From: Antedon mediterranea
Lineage: Eukaryota; Animalia; Echinodermata
Direction: 5' to 3'
Assembly (NCBI RefSeq): GCF_964355755.1
Contig: NC_092677.1
Coordinates: 3,618,101 to 3,682,100, forward strand
Length of the DNA stretch: 64,000 bases
Shown here: positions 63,553-64,000 of the stretch, piece by piece
Position numbering within the stretch: position 1 is the first letter of the stretch
Layout of the letters: the number at the start of each line of letters is the position of its first letter
Program-made: the position numbers and the translations under genes
The notes under the pieces: generated by a model
Databases searched by the model: none
The model's input: only the letters and a program-made list of their open reading frames with translations
What the model was told of the DNA's origin: nothing

Positions 63553-64000
63553 GACGTTTTGATTTCGAAGTACACAATCACACCGAGTAAGCTGGAAATC
63601 ATTTTTATCTTTATTAAGGTATTTGTTTTTATTTTAGAGATTTAATGTAAGCCTATTTCAAAATGACACAGAAATGCCTTATTTTCACAAAGGCAACTGC
63701 CGAAGAATGACCGCTCTCAACGTTGTGAATATATTGATAGAAAAACAACGCTTCACGTGTATTTTGCATCTACAACTACAACAAGATATGATGAACGTTA
63801 AATATATATATTTTATAAGACCAGTTAAGATCAGATAAAATGGTTTAAATAGAAATTGTAGCTTTGTTTTCTTTTATTTATTATTAGTTTATGTATATTT
63901 TTTTTCTTTTTCGTATTCGTATTTAATGTTATATCTTGGGGTGGGTCTAACGTCAAAAGTCTTTCTGACTTATATGACCCTTCCCACATGATTACTTCAT

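Overview
AT-rich eukaryotic genomic DNA with spliceosomal introns, probably a marine invertebrate (echinoderm-like; inference). It is dominated by mobile elements and satellites. 848-25146 is an array of 20 non-autonomous Helentron/HINE-like elements of about 1.2 kb (minus strand) that are both joined head-to-tail and nested inside one another. Two copies of the same L1/Tx1-like LINE 3' end bracket the array. Next come a degenerate BEL/Pao LTR retrotransposon (27332-32679), a ~182-bp satellite and several LINE 3' fragments. A ~92-copy 68-bp satellite starts just downstream of a minimal hammerhead ribozyme core. A nearly intact RTE retrotransposon carries a 9-bp-TSD MITE in its 5' UTR, and there are Helitron-like ends, several MITEs and a 3.2-kb foldback element. 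The only convincing host genes are three minus-strand AAC4-like paralogs: one with a broken splice donor, one remnant, and one intact but strongly diverged 234-aa gene. All calls were made by eye, without database searches.
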